From the IMG/VR virus record IMGVR_UViG_3300034161_000008, positions 32,001 to 96,000 of that record: DNA of 64,000 nt. One strand, 5' to 3'. The notes below the pieces were generated by a model that saw nothing but the letters and a program-made list of their open reading frames with translations, was not told the origin of the DNA and searched no databases. This document shows, in pieces, positions 8,765-18,840 of the stretch (the first letter of the stretch is position 1; each line of letters begins with the position of its first letter). Position numbers and translations under genes: made by a program. This DNA is from a virus. Lineage: Duplodnaviria > Caudoviricetes.

Positions 8765-9271
8765 TTACTTGCCAGCCAGCGCTTCCAGCGCCAGTGCCGA
8801 GAGATAGGATTTGACTTTGGTCACTTCGCCACGGTTCTTGGTGCCGTAGATCTGGTGATCGATTTGAACCTGGCCCATCTTGGTGATGGTGCCTTTGGTT
8901 TGCTGATCCGGGAAAGTACGCTCGCGCTCGAAGTTAGCGCGGATGACGTCCTTGCCGATGGTCGGCAGTTGCAGGTTGATCTTTTGCAGCTCTTTGTCGG
9001 CGACGAACGCAGGAACGCCCAGCTCACCAGCAGCTTTACCCATGGCCGGGTACAGGACGCTGTGGAACTTGGCGAAGCCTTCAGCTTGCTCGATGGTCAG
9101 GCCTTCGGGCAGCAGGGAAGCGTACAGCGCAGCGCTGGCAACGTGGTCGCCGCCTTCGATCTTGCCATCGGCCTTGACACCAGCGACGATGCGCTCGGAC
9201 AGTGCGGCAACTTCTGGATTGATCTTGGCCAGGAGGTCAGCTGCTTTCTCAACGGTATTTACTGCGGACAT
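8765..9271 (-). CDS. Hypothetical protein with highly-expressed-type codon usage
   Basis: 168 aa; AAGGAAG SD; strong C/T third-position bias as in the sheath gene. Confidence 0.75.
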   Translation of the reverse strand: MSAVNTVEKAADLLAKINPEVAALSERIVAGVKADGKIEGGDHVASAALYASLLPEGLTIEQAEGFAKFHSVLYPAMGKAAGELGVPAFVADKELQKINLQLPTIGKDVIRANFERERTFPDQQTKGTITKMGQVQIDHQIYGTKNRGEVTKVKSYLSALALEALAGK

Positions 9272-9305
9272 GTGAATCTTCCTTCTTGCGGGTTTTTTGA
9301 GTGAG

Positions 9306-9629
9306 TTAGATTTTTGCTTTCTTCAAAGCGAAGGGCGAGATGAATCGCCCAGGTACTTCGGTACGTTCCAGCGTGTGTGCCTGATGGATCTTGTGGTTGC
9401 CCAAAAGGACGATCAGCGCACCACCGCGTTTGGTGTAAACGACTTCTTCCACAGTCGGATTAGGATGCGGAGGAGAGAGTTCACCAGCCAGATCACCGAT
9501 GGTAAGTTCTGCGACTTTTACCTTTTCGATGCGGGCTTGTTTTGCGAGTGCGACAACGGCTTCGAGATCGTAAAGGGCATCGTTCCAACGAAGCACTTGG
9601 CGACCCTGAGAGTTAATCCGCATGAGCAT
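9306..9629 (-). CDS. Hypothetical protein
   Basis: About 107-aa ORF from ATG at 9629 after AAGGA (alternative start 9623). Confidence 0.6.
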   Translation of the reverse strand: MLMRINSQGRQVLRWNDALYDLEAVVALAKQARIEKVKVAELTIGDLAGELSPPHPNPTVEEVVYTKRGGALIVLLGNHKIHQAHTLERTEVPGRFISPFALKKAKI

Positions 9630-9686
9630 TGTTTCCTTGTCGTTTTCTATACCAAGACGTAACACCGTTATTTTCTACTCGTGTTA

Positions 9687-9692
9687 GTAATA
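9687..9692 (-). promoter_or_regulatory. Candidate early promoter core TATTAC
   Basis: TATTAC in AT-rich context upstream of the 9.6-6.0 kb accessory cluster; matches the phiKZ early consensus; single short hit. Confidence 0.35.
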
Positions 9693-9716
9693 AGTGGCTG
9701 AGATTTATTTGATTGC

Positions 9717-9750
9717 GGCATAAGGGCAGCCCTAAGGCCGCCCCTATGTT
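9717..9750. terminator. CATA-hairpin-TATG element after the protease gene
   Basis: GGCATA-A-GGGCAGCC-CTAA-GGCCGCCC-C-TATGTT, abutting the protease stop codon. Confidence 0.6.
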
Positions 9751-10504
9751 ACCAGCGCAGGAACGCTGGACGTTCAACAGGCTTGTTGGACCAGCCCATC
9801 GAAGCGAACAACTCAGCACCACTGAGGATAACGGACTCTTGAGCGATGCCCGCAACCACACTTTGGCTCTGAGCGCGTTCGATATCGCCGCGAGTAAAGG
9901 TCTGATCGAACTGACCCTCCAGTGCAGGAGACATCCACTTCTCAGCCACCGACAACCCAGGCTCGTTCACGTAGTCCCACGTGACGACAGTCTTGAGGTG
10001 ACGATGTACAATCCCGCCCAGCCGGTGATCGTCTGTGAAGGCCCGGATAGAGAAACAGACGTTCTCGTTAGGGTTCTTCAACGAACGCTCCAGAGCAGCA
10101 CCGTGAGGGCCCGCAGGGAGGATATCGCCGATGATGGCGATGATCGGATTCCCTTTGGCGTCCTTGATGCTGTTGAAGTCCAGCTCCAGGTTCATGATGT
10201 GGTGGGAGACTTTGTCTTCCCAGATCGACATCACGCGGTTAGCGAACTCGTTGCTGGATTGACCCGGCAGCGGTTTCGGGTGGCCGTATTCCCCACGCAG
10301 TGCGCCCTTTGCACAACGACGCATCAGCTGGCTCGAATTCTCGAACAAAGCTTTTGCAGGCTCGTAAGCATAGAACTCACCAGCAGAGTTGAACATGTTC
10401 AGGGCACCGAGCACGACACGGTAGTAGCCTTGCTCGTTTTGCTTGAGGTTACCGACTTTGTTTATACCGGCCAAAGCCGTACAAACGAACTTAATGGAAT
10501 TCAT
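9749..10504 (-). CDS. Prohead maturation serine protease (phiKZ gp175 / T4 gp21-like)
   Basis: LRGEYGHP (His), VCFSIRA (Ser) and TWDYVNEPG motifs; ALE site near the C-terminus. Confidence 0.88.
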   Translation of the reverse strand: MNSIKFVCTALAGINKVGNLKQNEQGYYRVVLGALNMFNSAGEFYAYEPAKALFENSSQLMRRCAKGALRGEYGHPKPLPGQSSNEFANRVMSIWEDKVSHHIMNLELDFNSIKDAKGNPIIAIIGDILPAGPHGAALERSLKNPNENVCFSIRAFTDDHRLGGIVHRHLKTVVTWDYVNEPGLSVAEKWMSPALEGQFDQTFTRGDIERAQSQSVVAGIAQESVILSGAELFASMGWSNKPVERPAFLRW

Positions 10505-10506
10505 GA

Positions 10507-11232
10507 CTAACGCCTCAATAGCCCCTCGATTCGCTCCACACGCTCGGCAGGTGAGATCAATGCCGACTGAAGTCCATCAGAGAAGTAGCTCCCCATGATT
10601 TTGGTGGTGGTGTCGGTAGCTTGGTAAACCACGCTACGCAACGGGATAAATGCTGGAGGCCGCAGGATAGAATCCGCTTCAGACTTCACAGTCTGGCGGT
10701 AATACTTCGTGCGATCTTTCTGATCACGAGCGACCATCGAAACGATCAACTCAGTAACCTCACGTTGACGACCAACGCTTGCACCAGCGTGGTGACCGGC
10801 TGTCTCAAAGATTTTGCCGAGGTCGTTGTAACTCAAGTACCAAGGCACCCGACCTTTAGCGAAGATCTCGTCGTAAATCTTAAACGTCAGTGTATCCGTT
10901 TTGACGAGATCGATGTTGGAGACAACAGTAGCGCCCGGCTCGAAATAGAACTCGAAGTATTCCTCTTCGTCGATCTTGATTCGCATCGTGGTCGTAGGTT
11001 CGATCCGCATCATGGCATTGACGACCCACACACCGTAGTATTTGTCATCCACTACAATGGCAGCCATCCCCACAATGTTGGTCTCAACCCCAACCTGTGC
11101 CAAGCCACGCTCGGCGTACCGCGAAGGGATATAAATCTTGCACCCCTTCGTGGTCACCAAACGCTTGTCTTCCAACTCTTTCAGAACAGCATGGATCTTC
11201 GGCGCATCACGTGTGAGTGTTCGAGGGTCCAT
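10507..11232 (-). CDS. Virion protein, phiKZ gp176 / SPN3US gp244-like (candidate fifth virion RNAP subunit)
   Basis: 241 aa; conserved position between the gp177-like gene and the protease. Confidence 0.65.
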   Translation of the reverse strand: MDPRTLTRDAPKIHAVLKELEDKRLVTTKGCKIYIPSRYAERGLAQVGVETNIVGMAAIVVDDKYYGVWVVNAMMRIEPTTTMRIKIDEEEYFEFYFEPGATVVSNIDLVKTDTLTFKIYDEIFAKGRVPWYLSYNDLGKIFETAGHHAGASVGRQREVTELIVSMVARDQKDRTKYYRQTVKSEADSILRPPAFIPLRSVVYQATDTTTKIMGSYFSDGLQSALISPAERVERIEGLLRR

Positions 11233-11241
11233 GCTTGCTCC

Positions 11242-12657
11242 TTAGACGCCGACTTTGAACTGCTCGGCAACCCACTTGGCCGCGTAACGAGCGGCAGAGA
11301 TTGCAGCAGCTTCGCGGATGTCCAGTTTAGGGTTGGCCACCATCGCAGCATTCACACCATCGAGGATGGCAAATGCAGCAGTGTGTGGGTAACGGGCAGC
11401 ACACACCAGACGCAGGCACAGGCTATCGATGCACTCGATTTCCTGACTACGCACGCCAGACAGCAGTTCTACGAACGTGCTGAACACAGTGGCAGCGTTG
11501 CCGATGTTGGTGGTGTCGGTGTCTTCTTGCAGCTGCTTGTGGAAATGCAGCGACAGGAATTGCTTGACGCGCTCAAACTTGCGGTTGGCTTCAGCCGACG
11601 CAACGTAGGTGGAGTGCTCGTTCCACGCTTTGAGCAGACGACTGGCGTTCTCGTTGATCGAGGCCACCGAACCCAGTACGGGCTTGCTCAGCAAGTTGCC
11701 GTACAGAACTTCGTTGGTGCCGCCTGCTTCAATCCACTGGCGATACACTTCGGAGTTGACAGTGATCGTGCGCTCGGTGTTGGAGCGAACCAGCGCGCCG
11801 TTCTTGACGTCGGTCTCGTAGAGCTCGAGAGCCACAGCCAGCGTACGGGCCGATTGGTTACGGAACTCTACCATCAGAGCCTCGTAAGCTTTCAGACCCA
11901 TCTCGGTGCCTTCCAGGGGCGATGCGCTGTACAGCTTGCGCGCCAGCAGGAAGATGGCAATCGTGCTGTCCAGATCTTTCATCAGATCCGAGAAAGTGAT
12001 CGTGCCAACTTCTTCACCATTCACGCCGTTCTGGAATGCCAGACGCCACAGGTTGAGCAACCAGCCTTCACCTTTGACAGCCAACCATTCGTCGACGTCT
12101 TTGTCCAGACGACCCGAACCAGCCGACATGATCTCGCGCAGCTCAGCCGCAGTTTGATCAGGGCATTTGAAGCCCAGGCGTGGATGGTCGAAAGGAGTTT
12201 CGGCGTACGGACGCACCGCAGTTGCCAGCAGTGGGTTCGAAACCAGCGCAGGCATTTCTTCGATGATCACTTCCATGCCCAGCAACGAGCTCACCGATTG
12301 GTCAGCCAGAGACTGACGCACGGAGTCGGCCAGCGACTGGACGTCTGGAGCCACGACGGTACGGGCAAACACCAAGTGCTCGCGCACGGCGTTGATCACT
12401 ACCGGAACAATTTCGTCCTGACACATGTCGTGCATGGACGCATTGATTTCCGCCATCGGGCAGTTTGCCATGTATTCGATGGCAGTGATGTCCGGTACGT
12501 AGCCAGGCTCGTTGGAGATCAGCATCTCGCCGGGCTGGCGCGAAGCATTAACCAACGCAGCCAGTGGAGTGTTGTCCACAGGACGCAGCACTACGCCGGA
12601 GGCATCCAGCTTTTCTGTAAGAGCGTAGGCGCTCTCGACCGCTTCACGAGTAAGCAT
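11242..12657 (-). CDS. Virion head protein (phiKZ gp177-like)
   Basis: 471 aa; synteny between the vRNAP beta gene and the gp176-like gene. Confidence 0.65.
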   Translation of the reverse strand: MLTREAVESAYALTEKLDASGVVLRPVDNTPLAALVNASRQPGEMLISNEPGYVPDITAIEYMANCPMAEINASMHDMCQDEIVPVVINAVREHLVFARTVVAPDVQSLADSVRQSLADQSVSSLLGMEVIIEEMPALVSNPLLATAVRPYAETPFDHPRLGFKCPDQTAAELREIMSAGSGRLDKDVDEWLAVKGEGWLLNLWRLAFQNGVNGEEVGTITFSDLMKDLDSTIAIFLLARKLYSASPLEGTEMGLKAYEALMVEFRNQSARTLAVALELYETDVKNGALVRSNTERTITVNSEVYRQWIEAGGTNEVLYGNLLSKPVLGSVASINENASRLLKAWNEHSTYVASAEANRKFERVKQFLSLHFHKQLQEDTDTTNIGNAATVFSTFVELLSGVRSQEIECIDSLCLRLVCAARYPHTAAFAILDGVNAAMVANPKLDIREAAAISAARYAAKWVAEQFKVGV

Positions 12658-12860
12658 TACTTGCCCCCCAAGTATTTGGCAACGCTGGATTGGAACTCCG
12701 ACTGAGCGAAGTCGTAAATCACCTGACGAGTCAGGGGACTGCCGTTCAGGGTGTCGGCAACTTCGTTACCAACAATCCCTTGGACGATGTGACGCACCAG
12801 CTCGGCTGCGTTCGCCAGCGTTACCAAGGTTGTTTCAGACTGTTTGTTTTGCATGATCAT
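12657..12860 (-). CDS. Small hypothetical protein
   Basis: 67 aa; overlaps both neighbours by 1-4 nt, indicating translational coupling. Confidence 0.6.
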   Translation of the reverse strand: MIMQNKQSETTLVTLANAAELVRHIVQGIVGNEVADTLNGSPLTRQVIYDFAQSEFQSSVAKYLGGK

Positions 12861-15800
12861 TTACCCTTGTAGATCTTGGCGGCTTGCTTGCCGATGACAT
12901 CCAACAACGTTGTGGTGGTGCCAATGATTTCTGGGGAGAGTACGATACGGGCAGAGATCGACATGTAACCGAAGATTGCATCGATTGGTGTACCGTCTTC
13001 GGTAGTGGTGTCGTCATCCATCACTCGACCAATTACAGTCTTGAGCTGGTTGCCGAACACGCCTTTGTCACCCACACCCATGGCAACGTCACCCGTGATG
13101 TAAATACGGATAGCCATAGTGTCGAGCATCAGCGGATTACCATCTACACGGAAGCTTTCGTCAACCGAGCCATTCAGCACACGTTTGCCTTGGCTTTTGC
13201 TACGCTGAGCGAGTGCGCGGTCGGCAGAGGATGCGATAGCCTGCAACGACTCCGTCATGTCCTCTTTGTCGCCATGGTAGAACACTTCAATCCGTTCTAC
13301 TGTGCCGTGCGCTTTGGCCGTTGGAGTTTGAGCACCCAGGAGACGCAAGGTATCCAGAGACTCAGCATCAAACAACCCAGTGTTAGCAGTGACAGCGTCC
13401 TCAATAGTACATAAAATATCCTCGCCTTCTACACTTGCCCCCACTTTAACCAGTCGAGCAACAGACTGTTCAAAGTTAACTACGATGGTGCGAACCTTCG
13501 TAATTTTGGTGGTCAACTGAGCAGAGATCCGTTTAGCGATCACCGAGGAGTCTTCCAGGGTATCCGTCGATTCGAAAATCGCCGTGTTCACCATGACGCC
13601 AGCTTTCCACACAACGTTGTTCGGGTCGAGAATGTCTCGCTCGAAGAAGTCGGAGTTATAGCTGAGCACTGCACCCTTCTTGAACTTTGCCCCTACTTTA
13701 AGATCGGTGCGAACCTCGTGAGGAATCACCAACCCCGCAGCATTACCATAACGACGACCCAACTCAATACCACGAGTCTCGCCATCGTTGTACTCCACGA
13801 CGATACCGGTAGGGGTGACGTCGATTACTTTGCCGTCTTTACGCGCAGTGTAAGCGAAGAGATCGCTTGTGCGGTGTGCAAGGACTTGCTCGTAACCAGT
13901 ACGTACAGGCGATGAAACGTAACCCAGACACGCCACGCCATGACTCTGCTGAATAGCCGCAAAGTTAGCACGCTTTGGATCGTCTTGGTCCGTACCTACT
14001 TGCAGCAGACTTGTAGTCGACAGCAAAGCAGTTGCGCCCGTCTTGCCATTCACGTAACGACGCGAAGCACCACGCAAGGACGTGAACTGCGGGTCAGCAC
14101 TTGTTTGAGTGTTGATCGCAACGTCCGAGGAGTCCACGGTCGATTCGGAGATGGTCCCCATGTCGTTCGGGTGATACAGACGAGTCTTCTTCGTCATCGA
14201 GCGGCTGTTACGACCACCCGTACCCGAGTACGTCACTGCTTCCTGTTCCTTGAGGTTCTGGATAGGGTTGATGTCCACTACCAGCGCCACCGAAGGGTCG
14301 GTCGCAATTGCCTTCCAAACTGCGAAAGGGTTGATGTCGATCGGCTGTTTAGCACGACCCGGACGACCAGAGTGGTCACGCAGGCCTTTCACCATCTCGG
14401 CGTAAACAGCACCCGCCACACGTTCGTAACCTTTGATACGCATGAACTCAGAATCAAGTTCATCAGGGTGAGTGTCGGTCATCAGCATTTCAGCCGAACG
14501 CAACAACAGCCCACGGAAATCAGTAGGCTCACCCATTTCGATCAGCAGGTCCCGAGTAATCGGTTCCACGAACATCCGGTACATCAGATCGATCTCACGG
14601 ATCGTACGAGCACCACCACCACCTTGGTCCAGCACCGACAGGTACACGCCCGGTTTGTCAAACTCGTAAACAGAGTATTGACGGATGGCGCGGTGGAACT
14701 CGTTGAAGCCAGCCAGAATCAGCGAAGCGTAACGATCATCTTTCAGGAACACCAGCGTCTCGTCAGCAAACACGATCGAATACTCGTGCTGCTCCATCTG
14801 TACACGCTGACCAGCCGGTACGCGACGAGGCTGAACTTTGAGCAAGCGCAGGAGTTTATCCAGCCCCATTTCGTAGCCCAGGATAATAGCCAGTGGAACC
14901 GTACGACCACGAACCTTGAGCTCGGTGAACTCAACCGGTGCTTTGTGCACGTCCAGCCCGATCAATGTTTCGATAGGGTAGAACTCAACGATTGTGTCGC
15001 CATCGACGATGTACAACTCGCCGCCAGTATCCATCACCAGCATTTGGCCAGTTTTAGGATTCTTGGCACACAACACGACGCCGTCTTTCTCGTACTGTTC
15101 AATCGCAGCTTCGCCATACAGCGTAGCGCGTTTGGTTTGGTCCCACGAGAAGTCAAAGCCCTTGACAGTAAAGCTCTTGAACTGCATCGCGATCGTGGAG
15201 TAGACCTTAGGGCACTCAAAGCGCGGATCGAACACATCAGTCGGTTTGAGGTTGGTGATAGAGTCATCCTCATCATCCAGCCCTTTGGCCATGATCTGGT
15301 TGCACAACCAGTCCTGATAGTTGTTGACCTGCTTAGCCGAGCGCATCACGAACAGCTTGCCGAAGTACGACGTCAGTGCCACTTTGTCAGGGGCAACTTT
15401 ACGAATAGGCATGTCGCCACGCTGTTTACGCAGACGGTACTTGGTGCCGTTGGCAGTGTACGTGCCGTCTTCTTCGAACACCGGGATCTTGAAGCGCCAG
15501 TTACCGGTAGCACCCTCAACAGGTTCCAGCCGAACAGTGAAGCTATCGTACGCACCAGTCACGTCTTCCATACGTTCGACTTGGTAGTCACTAACGATGG
15601 TGCCTGCGTTCTGGAACATCATCACCATGCCCGCGATGTCTTTGGGCAGAACCTGTTGGATGTACTTCTCGTCAAACTCCAACAAGCTCGACTTGAGCAT
15701 CGTTTTGTCAGGCACGGTAGCGATGTCAGGAATCGACGGCGACTCGTGGATCATCAGCACTTCAGGATCGATGTGGATGAACTCAGCCAGCGTACCCTTG

Positions 15801-17146
15801 CCGTCAGGCGCAGGCAGTTTACGGAAGGTCGAAGCGCGTTCGATGTAGCGCTTGTATTCCTTGGCTGACATACCAGTCAAAGCCAGCTTGTCGCACAGAG
15901 CTACGATGCCGTCTTCAGGAGCACCTAAGCCCTTCGATACGATTTCGATCTCGTGCTGCTCACCGTCTTCATTGACATCCGGTGCCACCAACTCCAAAGC
16001 AGAGAGGTCTTTCTCAAGCTGGGCTTCTTCAGCCTCAGAATGAGTTATGTCCTCTGGGCGCGTTGTTGCGCCTTCAAGATCCCCCGTTTCGTGCGGGAGT
16101 TCTGTCTGTTCGGTTTTGGTGTGGAAGACGCCTGTTTCAGGGTCAAGTACCGGGATCGATGCAGGGACAACTGTAACCGTTGCTGTTGGGTCTTTTGGTT
16201 TAGTAGACTCTGACCCTTCGGACTTTGGGTCAGTTGCATCGCCTTCGCCAGAGCCGCGAACTTCGAAGACCGCCATCGCCATCCGCAGGACGCGACGTTG
16301 GAGTTGCGACGGGTCGAGCCCTTTGATGTTGGTGGGTCGTAACTCTTCAGGGTGATCTTTCGCATACGCCAACTCTTCCTTGGAGGATTTGCGCCACTTG
16401 TCCAACAGACCCAAGTTCACCGCAAACCAACGACCCGATTCCTGGAACACGAGGTTGACTCGGTCCATTTTCTCAGGTGGGCAGTTGTTCAGCACGGAGT
16501 CTGCACGGTTGTCGCCCAACCACTTCCACAGCTCCAGCAGGAACAACGACTCTTGGTCCGGGAACAGCTTGAGGACTTTTTGAGTGATGCCAGCCGAAGC
16601 AATGTTCAGGTTTGGGATCGATGGCAGGATCAACGGCAGTTTGCAGAAGATGAACTGGTTGCGATCGGTAGTCGTAGCAATCTCTGCCACGTTCTTCCAC
16701 AGCGCAGCCTGGATGTTCCACCACTTGTAATACTCGGAGTAGAACGAGCGTTGGTAGCGGTACATCCGTGGCAACAAACCGTAGCTATAAACAGCCAACA
16801 TCAGTTCGTCACGAGTCGCCGTTTCCAGCGACTTCATCTTGCGCACACGGCGGTTCTTGATGTGGTAGCTGTTGATCAGTGGACCGGGAGCCATTGGCAG
16901 CTTGCGCGGCGAGCCCTTGGTGTCACCGATCTCAGTCACGAAGCCCAGCATTACAGGCTTGGTGTTGTTGCGGAACAGGAAGTCATCGCCAGCCGGACCC
17001 AAGTCTCCCACGTCACCACCAACGTAGTGCAGCAAAGAACGCTTAGGCAACTCCAGCGTTTGAATCATTGGCAGTGGTGGAGACATCAACTGCTCCACCC
17101 GACGCACGCCATTTTTACGATACCAAGTTTCGTAAAGTTGCTGCAC
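12857..17146 (-). CDS. rpoB: Virion RNA polymerase beta subunit, N-terminal part (phiKZ gp178-like)
   Basis: 1429 aa; beta-like motifs YSGTGGRNSRSM, HPNDMGTISE, RANFAAIQQSH, EDS, GDKG..GNQLKTVIG. Confidence 0.92.
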   Translation of the reverse strand: MQQLYETWYRKNGVRRVEQLMSPPLPMIQTLELPKRSLLHYVGGDVGDLGPAGDDFLFRNNTKPVMLGFVTEIGDTKGSPRKLPMAPGPLINSYHIKNRRVRKMKSLETATRDELMLAVYSYGLLPRMYRYQRSFYSEYYKWWNIQAALWKNVAEIATTTDRNQFIFCKLPLILPSIPNLNIASAGITQKVLKLFPDQESLFLLELWKWLGDNRADSVLNNCPPEKMDRVNLVFQESGRWFAVNLGLLDKWRKSSKEELAYAKDHPEELRPTNIKGLDPSQLQRRVLRMAMAVFEVRGSGEGDATDPKSEGSESTKPKDPTATVTVVPASIPVLDPETGVFHTKTEQTELPHETGDLEGATTRPEDITHSEAEEAQLEKDLSALELVAPDVNEDGEQHEIEIVSKGLGAPEDGIVALCDKLALTGMSAKEYKRYIERASTFRKLPAPDGKGTLAEFIHIDPEVLMIHESPSIPDIATVPDKTMLKSSLLEFDEKYIQQVLPKDIAGMVMMFQNAGTIVSDYQVERMEDVTGAYDSFTVRLEPVEGATGNWRFKIPVFEEDGTYTANGTKYRLRKQRGDMPIRKVAPDKVALTSYFGKLFVMRSAKQVNNYQDWLCNQIMAKGLDDEDDSITNLKPTDVFDPRFECPKVYSTIAMQFKSFTVKGFDFSWDQTKRATLYGEAAIEQYEKDGVVLCAKNPKTGQMLVMDTGGELYIVDGDTIVEFYPIETLIGLDVHKAPVEFTELKVRGRTVPLAIILGYEMGLDKLLRLLKVQPRRVPAGQRVQMEQHEYSIVFADETLVFLKDDRYASLILAGFNEFHRAIRQYSVYEFDKPGVYLSVLDQGGGGARTIREIDLMYRMFVEPITRDLLIEMGEPTDFRGLLLRSAEMLMTDTHPDELDSEFMRIKGYERVAGAVYAEMVKGLRDHSGRPGRAKQPIDINPFAVWKAIATDPSVALVVDINPIQNLKEQEAVTYSGTGGRNSRSMTKKTRLYHPNDMGTISESTVDSSDVAINTQTSADPQFTSLRGASRRYVNGKTGATALLSTTSLLQVGTDQDDPKRANFAAIQQSHGVACLGYVSSPVRTGYEQVLAHRTSDLFAYTARKDGKVIDVTPTGIVVEYNDGETRGIELGRRYGNAAGLVIPHEVRTDLKVGAKFKKGAVLSYNSDFFERDILDPNNVVWKAGVMVNTAIFESTDTLEDSSVIAKRISAQLTTKITKVRTIVVNFEQSVARLVKVGASVEGEDILCTIEDAVTANTGLFDAESLDTLRLLGAQTPTAKAHGTVERIEVFYHGDKEDMTESLQAIASSADRALAQRSKSQGKRVLNGSVDESFRVDGNPLMLDTMAIRIYITGDVAMGVGDKGVFGNQLKTVIGRVMDDDTTTEDGTPIDAIFGYMSISARIVLSPEIIGTTTTLLDVIGKQAAKIYKGK

Positions 17147-17148
17147 GG

Positions 17149-18771
17149 TTAATCCCCAGTCATGTTGTGCATCACGAGATCGACAGTCATTACGCTGATA
17201 CTGGCCAAGAAACGACCATCCGTTCCAACGTATGCTTTCTTGGTTTGCAAGAACGCATTGACTTCTGCAATGGACTCGTCTGAATACGTGGCGTTACCTG
17301 ACGCAGTGTCGCCGTCAAAGTCAGCACCCAAAGCCTCCAAGTGGGCCGAGTGCGGAACCAACGAATCCAAGAACTCGCCACCGGCGATAGGAAACTCGTA
17401 AGCGGTGAAAGATTCATCTTGAGGTTCCCAGCCAGTGGAAAGCTCGCGACGTTGTTCGGCTTTAATCGTGGTGCGAACGTAAGCGATCGATGGATAGATC
17501 GAACCTACGCCAGTCACCGGGTAACGGGTCACAAACAGAGGATGCTTGTTGATCACGCGGTAGGTGGACAGATACAGCAATTCAGCGAACGTCAGTGGGT
17601 GCACGTCTTTTGGATCGCGAGACTCTGGCAACTCATCGATGGAGTGCATCAGCTTGAACGTGCCGTCCGGTCCTTTATACACCAGACCTACGTAGCGCCC
17701 ATCAATCTCTAGTGGCTTGTGGCGGAGCGACAAGTCAAAGAAACTGGTGATGACCTTTTCCAAACCCTCGTCTGTAGCCCAGCGGTCAAAGTGCTGAGAC
17801 TTCAGCTGCACCAACTCTGTCTTGAGAGTCTTCTTGTTGACCAGCACCGCAGGGGAGCTGACCGAACGGAAGACCTCACTCAAGAACCCGTTACGCAAAT
17901 GGTAACGAGCCACAGGCATAATTGCCTTGAGCATTTGGTACAGACCCAACACCGTGCTATTAAAGCCAGGGTTGCCGGGAGCCCCGAGATACGGAGATGC
18001 TGTGTCCATCGCGGTAATCACGTTACGCGTACCGTTGAAGATACGTCGCGAACCGTACTTGCCGAGGATCAGCTTCTTCTTACCTTCGAGCATGTTCTCG
18101 ATGGTGTCGTACAACTCGTTGAACTTGGACTGCATGTTCCAGCGCGCAGTGTTCGATTGCTCTGGGTTCAGACGAATTGCAGCATCAGTAATCGTGTTGG
18201 ACACACCCAGCAAAGCACGGTAGAGGGAGTTGATCTCATCCTCTTTCATGCGGCCGGAGTCGTCCACTTCTAAGTCGCGCATACCCGCAGGCATAACGAC
18301 GATTTTAGAAGTCATGGCCTTGTCTTTGTATTTCTCGATGATTTTGATGTTCTGTTCACGAGACGTACTTTTCGACAGGCCGTGGTTGATGTCCTTCCAG
18401 TGGTTCAGGAAGAAGTGAAAACCAGTCTTGCCGTTGACAGGGTCAGACTTCTCAAAGTCCTTTACCGTGGGGTCCCAGATAGCGTGTTCTTGCCCGGAGA
18501 TGATCCCAGCATACAGCCGCTTCAAAGCTACGATTGCACGAAACACAATCGGGTGAAAGATCTCAACCTTGATGTCGATGTAGGAGAATCGCATCGAACG
18601 ACGCTCATCTCCTACACGACCAAAGATAGATGTTGAAAACAACCCATTCTCATGGAAATTGTCGCTTGCCCCGTCGAAGATGTCCAGAACGGTGACAGGC
18701 TTGAGCCCACTCAATCGCTGCGGGTTCAGCTCCAACAACGAGACATTGAAGGGGATCTGTTGTCTTTTCAT
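17149..18771 (-). CDS. rpoC: Virion RNA polymerase beta-prime catalytic subunit, N-terminal part (phiKZ gp180-like)
   Basis: 540 aa; GLFS..IFG, TRYPVTG and catalytic ADFDGD motifs. Confidence 0.93.
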   Translation of the reverse strand: MKRQQIPFNVSLLELNPQRLSGLKPVTVLDIFDGASDNFHENGLFSTSIFGRVGDERRSMRFSYIDIKVEIFHPIVFRAIVALKRLYAGIISGQEHAIWDPTVKDFEKSDPVNGKTGFHFFLNHWKDINHGLSKSTSREQNIKIIEKYKDKAMTSKIVVMPAGMRDLEVDDSGRMKEDEINSLYRALLGVSNTITDAAIRLNPEQSNTARWNMQSKFNELYDTIENMLEGKKKLILGKYGSRRIFNGTRNVITAMDTASPYLGAPGNPGFNSTVLGLYQMLKAIMPVARYHLRNGFLSEVFRSVSSPAVLVNKKTLKTELVQLKSQHFDRWATDEGLEKVITSFFDLSLRHKPLEIDGRYVGLVYKGPDGTFKLMHSIDELPESRDPKDVHPLTFAELLYLSTYRVINKHPLFVTRYPVTGVGSIYPSIAYVRTTIKAEQRRELSTGWEPQDESFTAYEFPIAGGEFLDSLVPHSAHLEALGADFDGDTASGNATYSDESIAEVNAFLQTKKAYVGTDGRFLASISVMTVDLVMHNMTGD

Positions 18772-18840
18772 TTAAGAAAGCTCCGGCCCAACACTGAAAT
18801 TATGAGAGCTGTAAGAATTAATGCCCACTAGGAGCACGTC

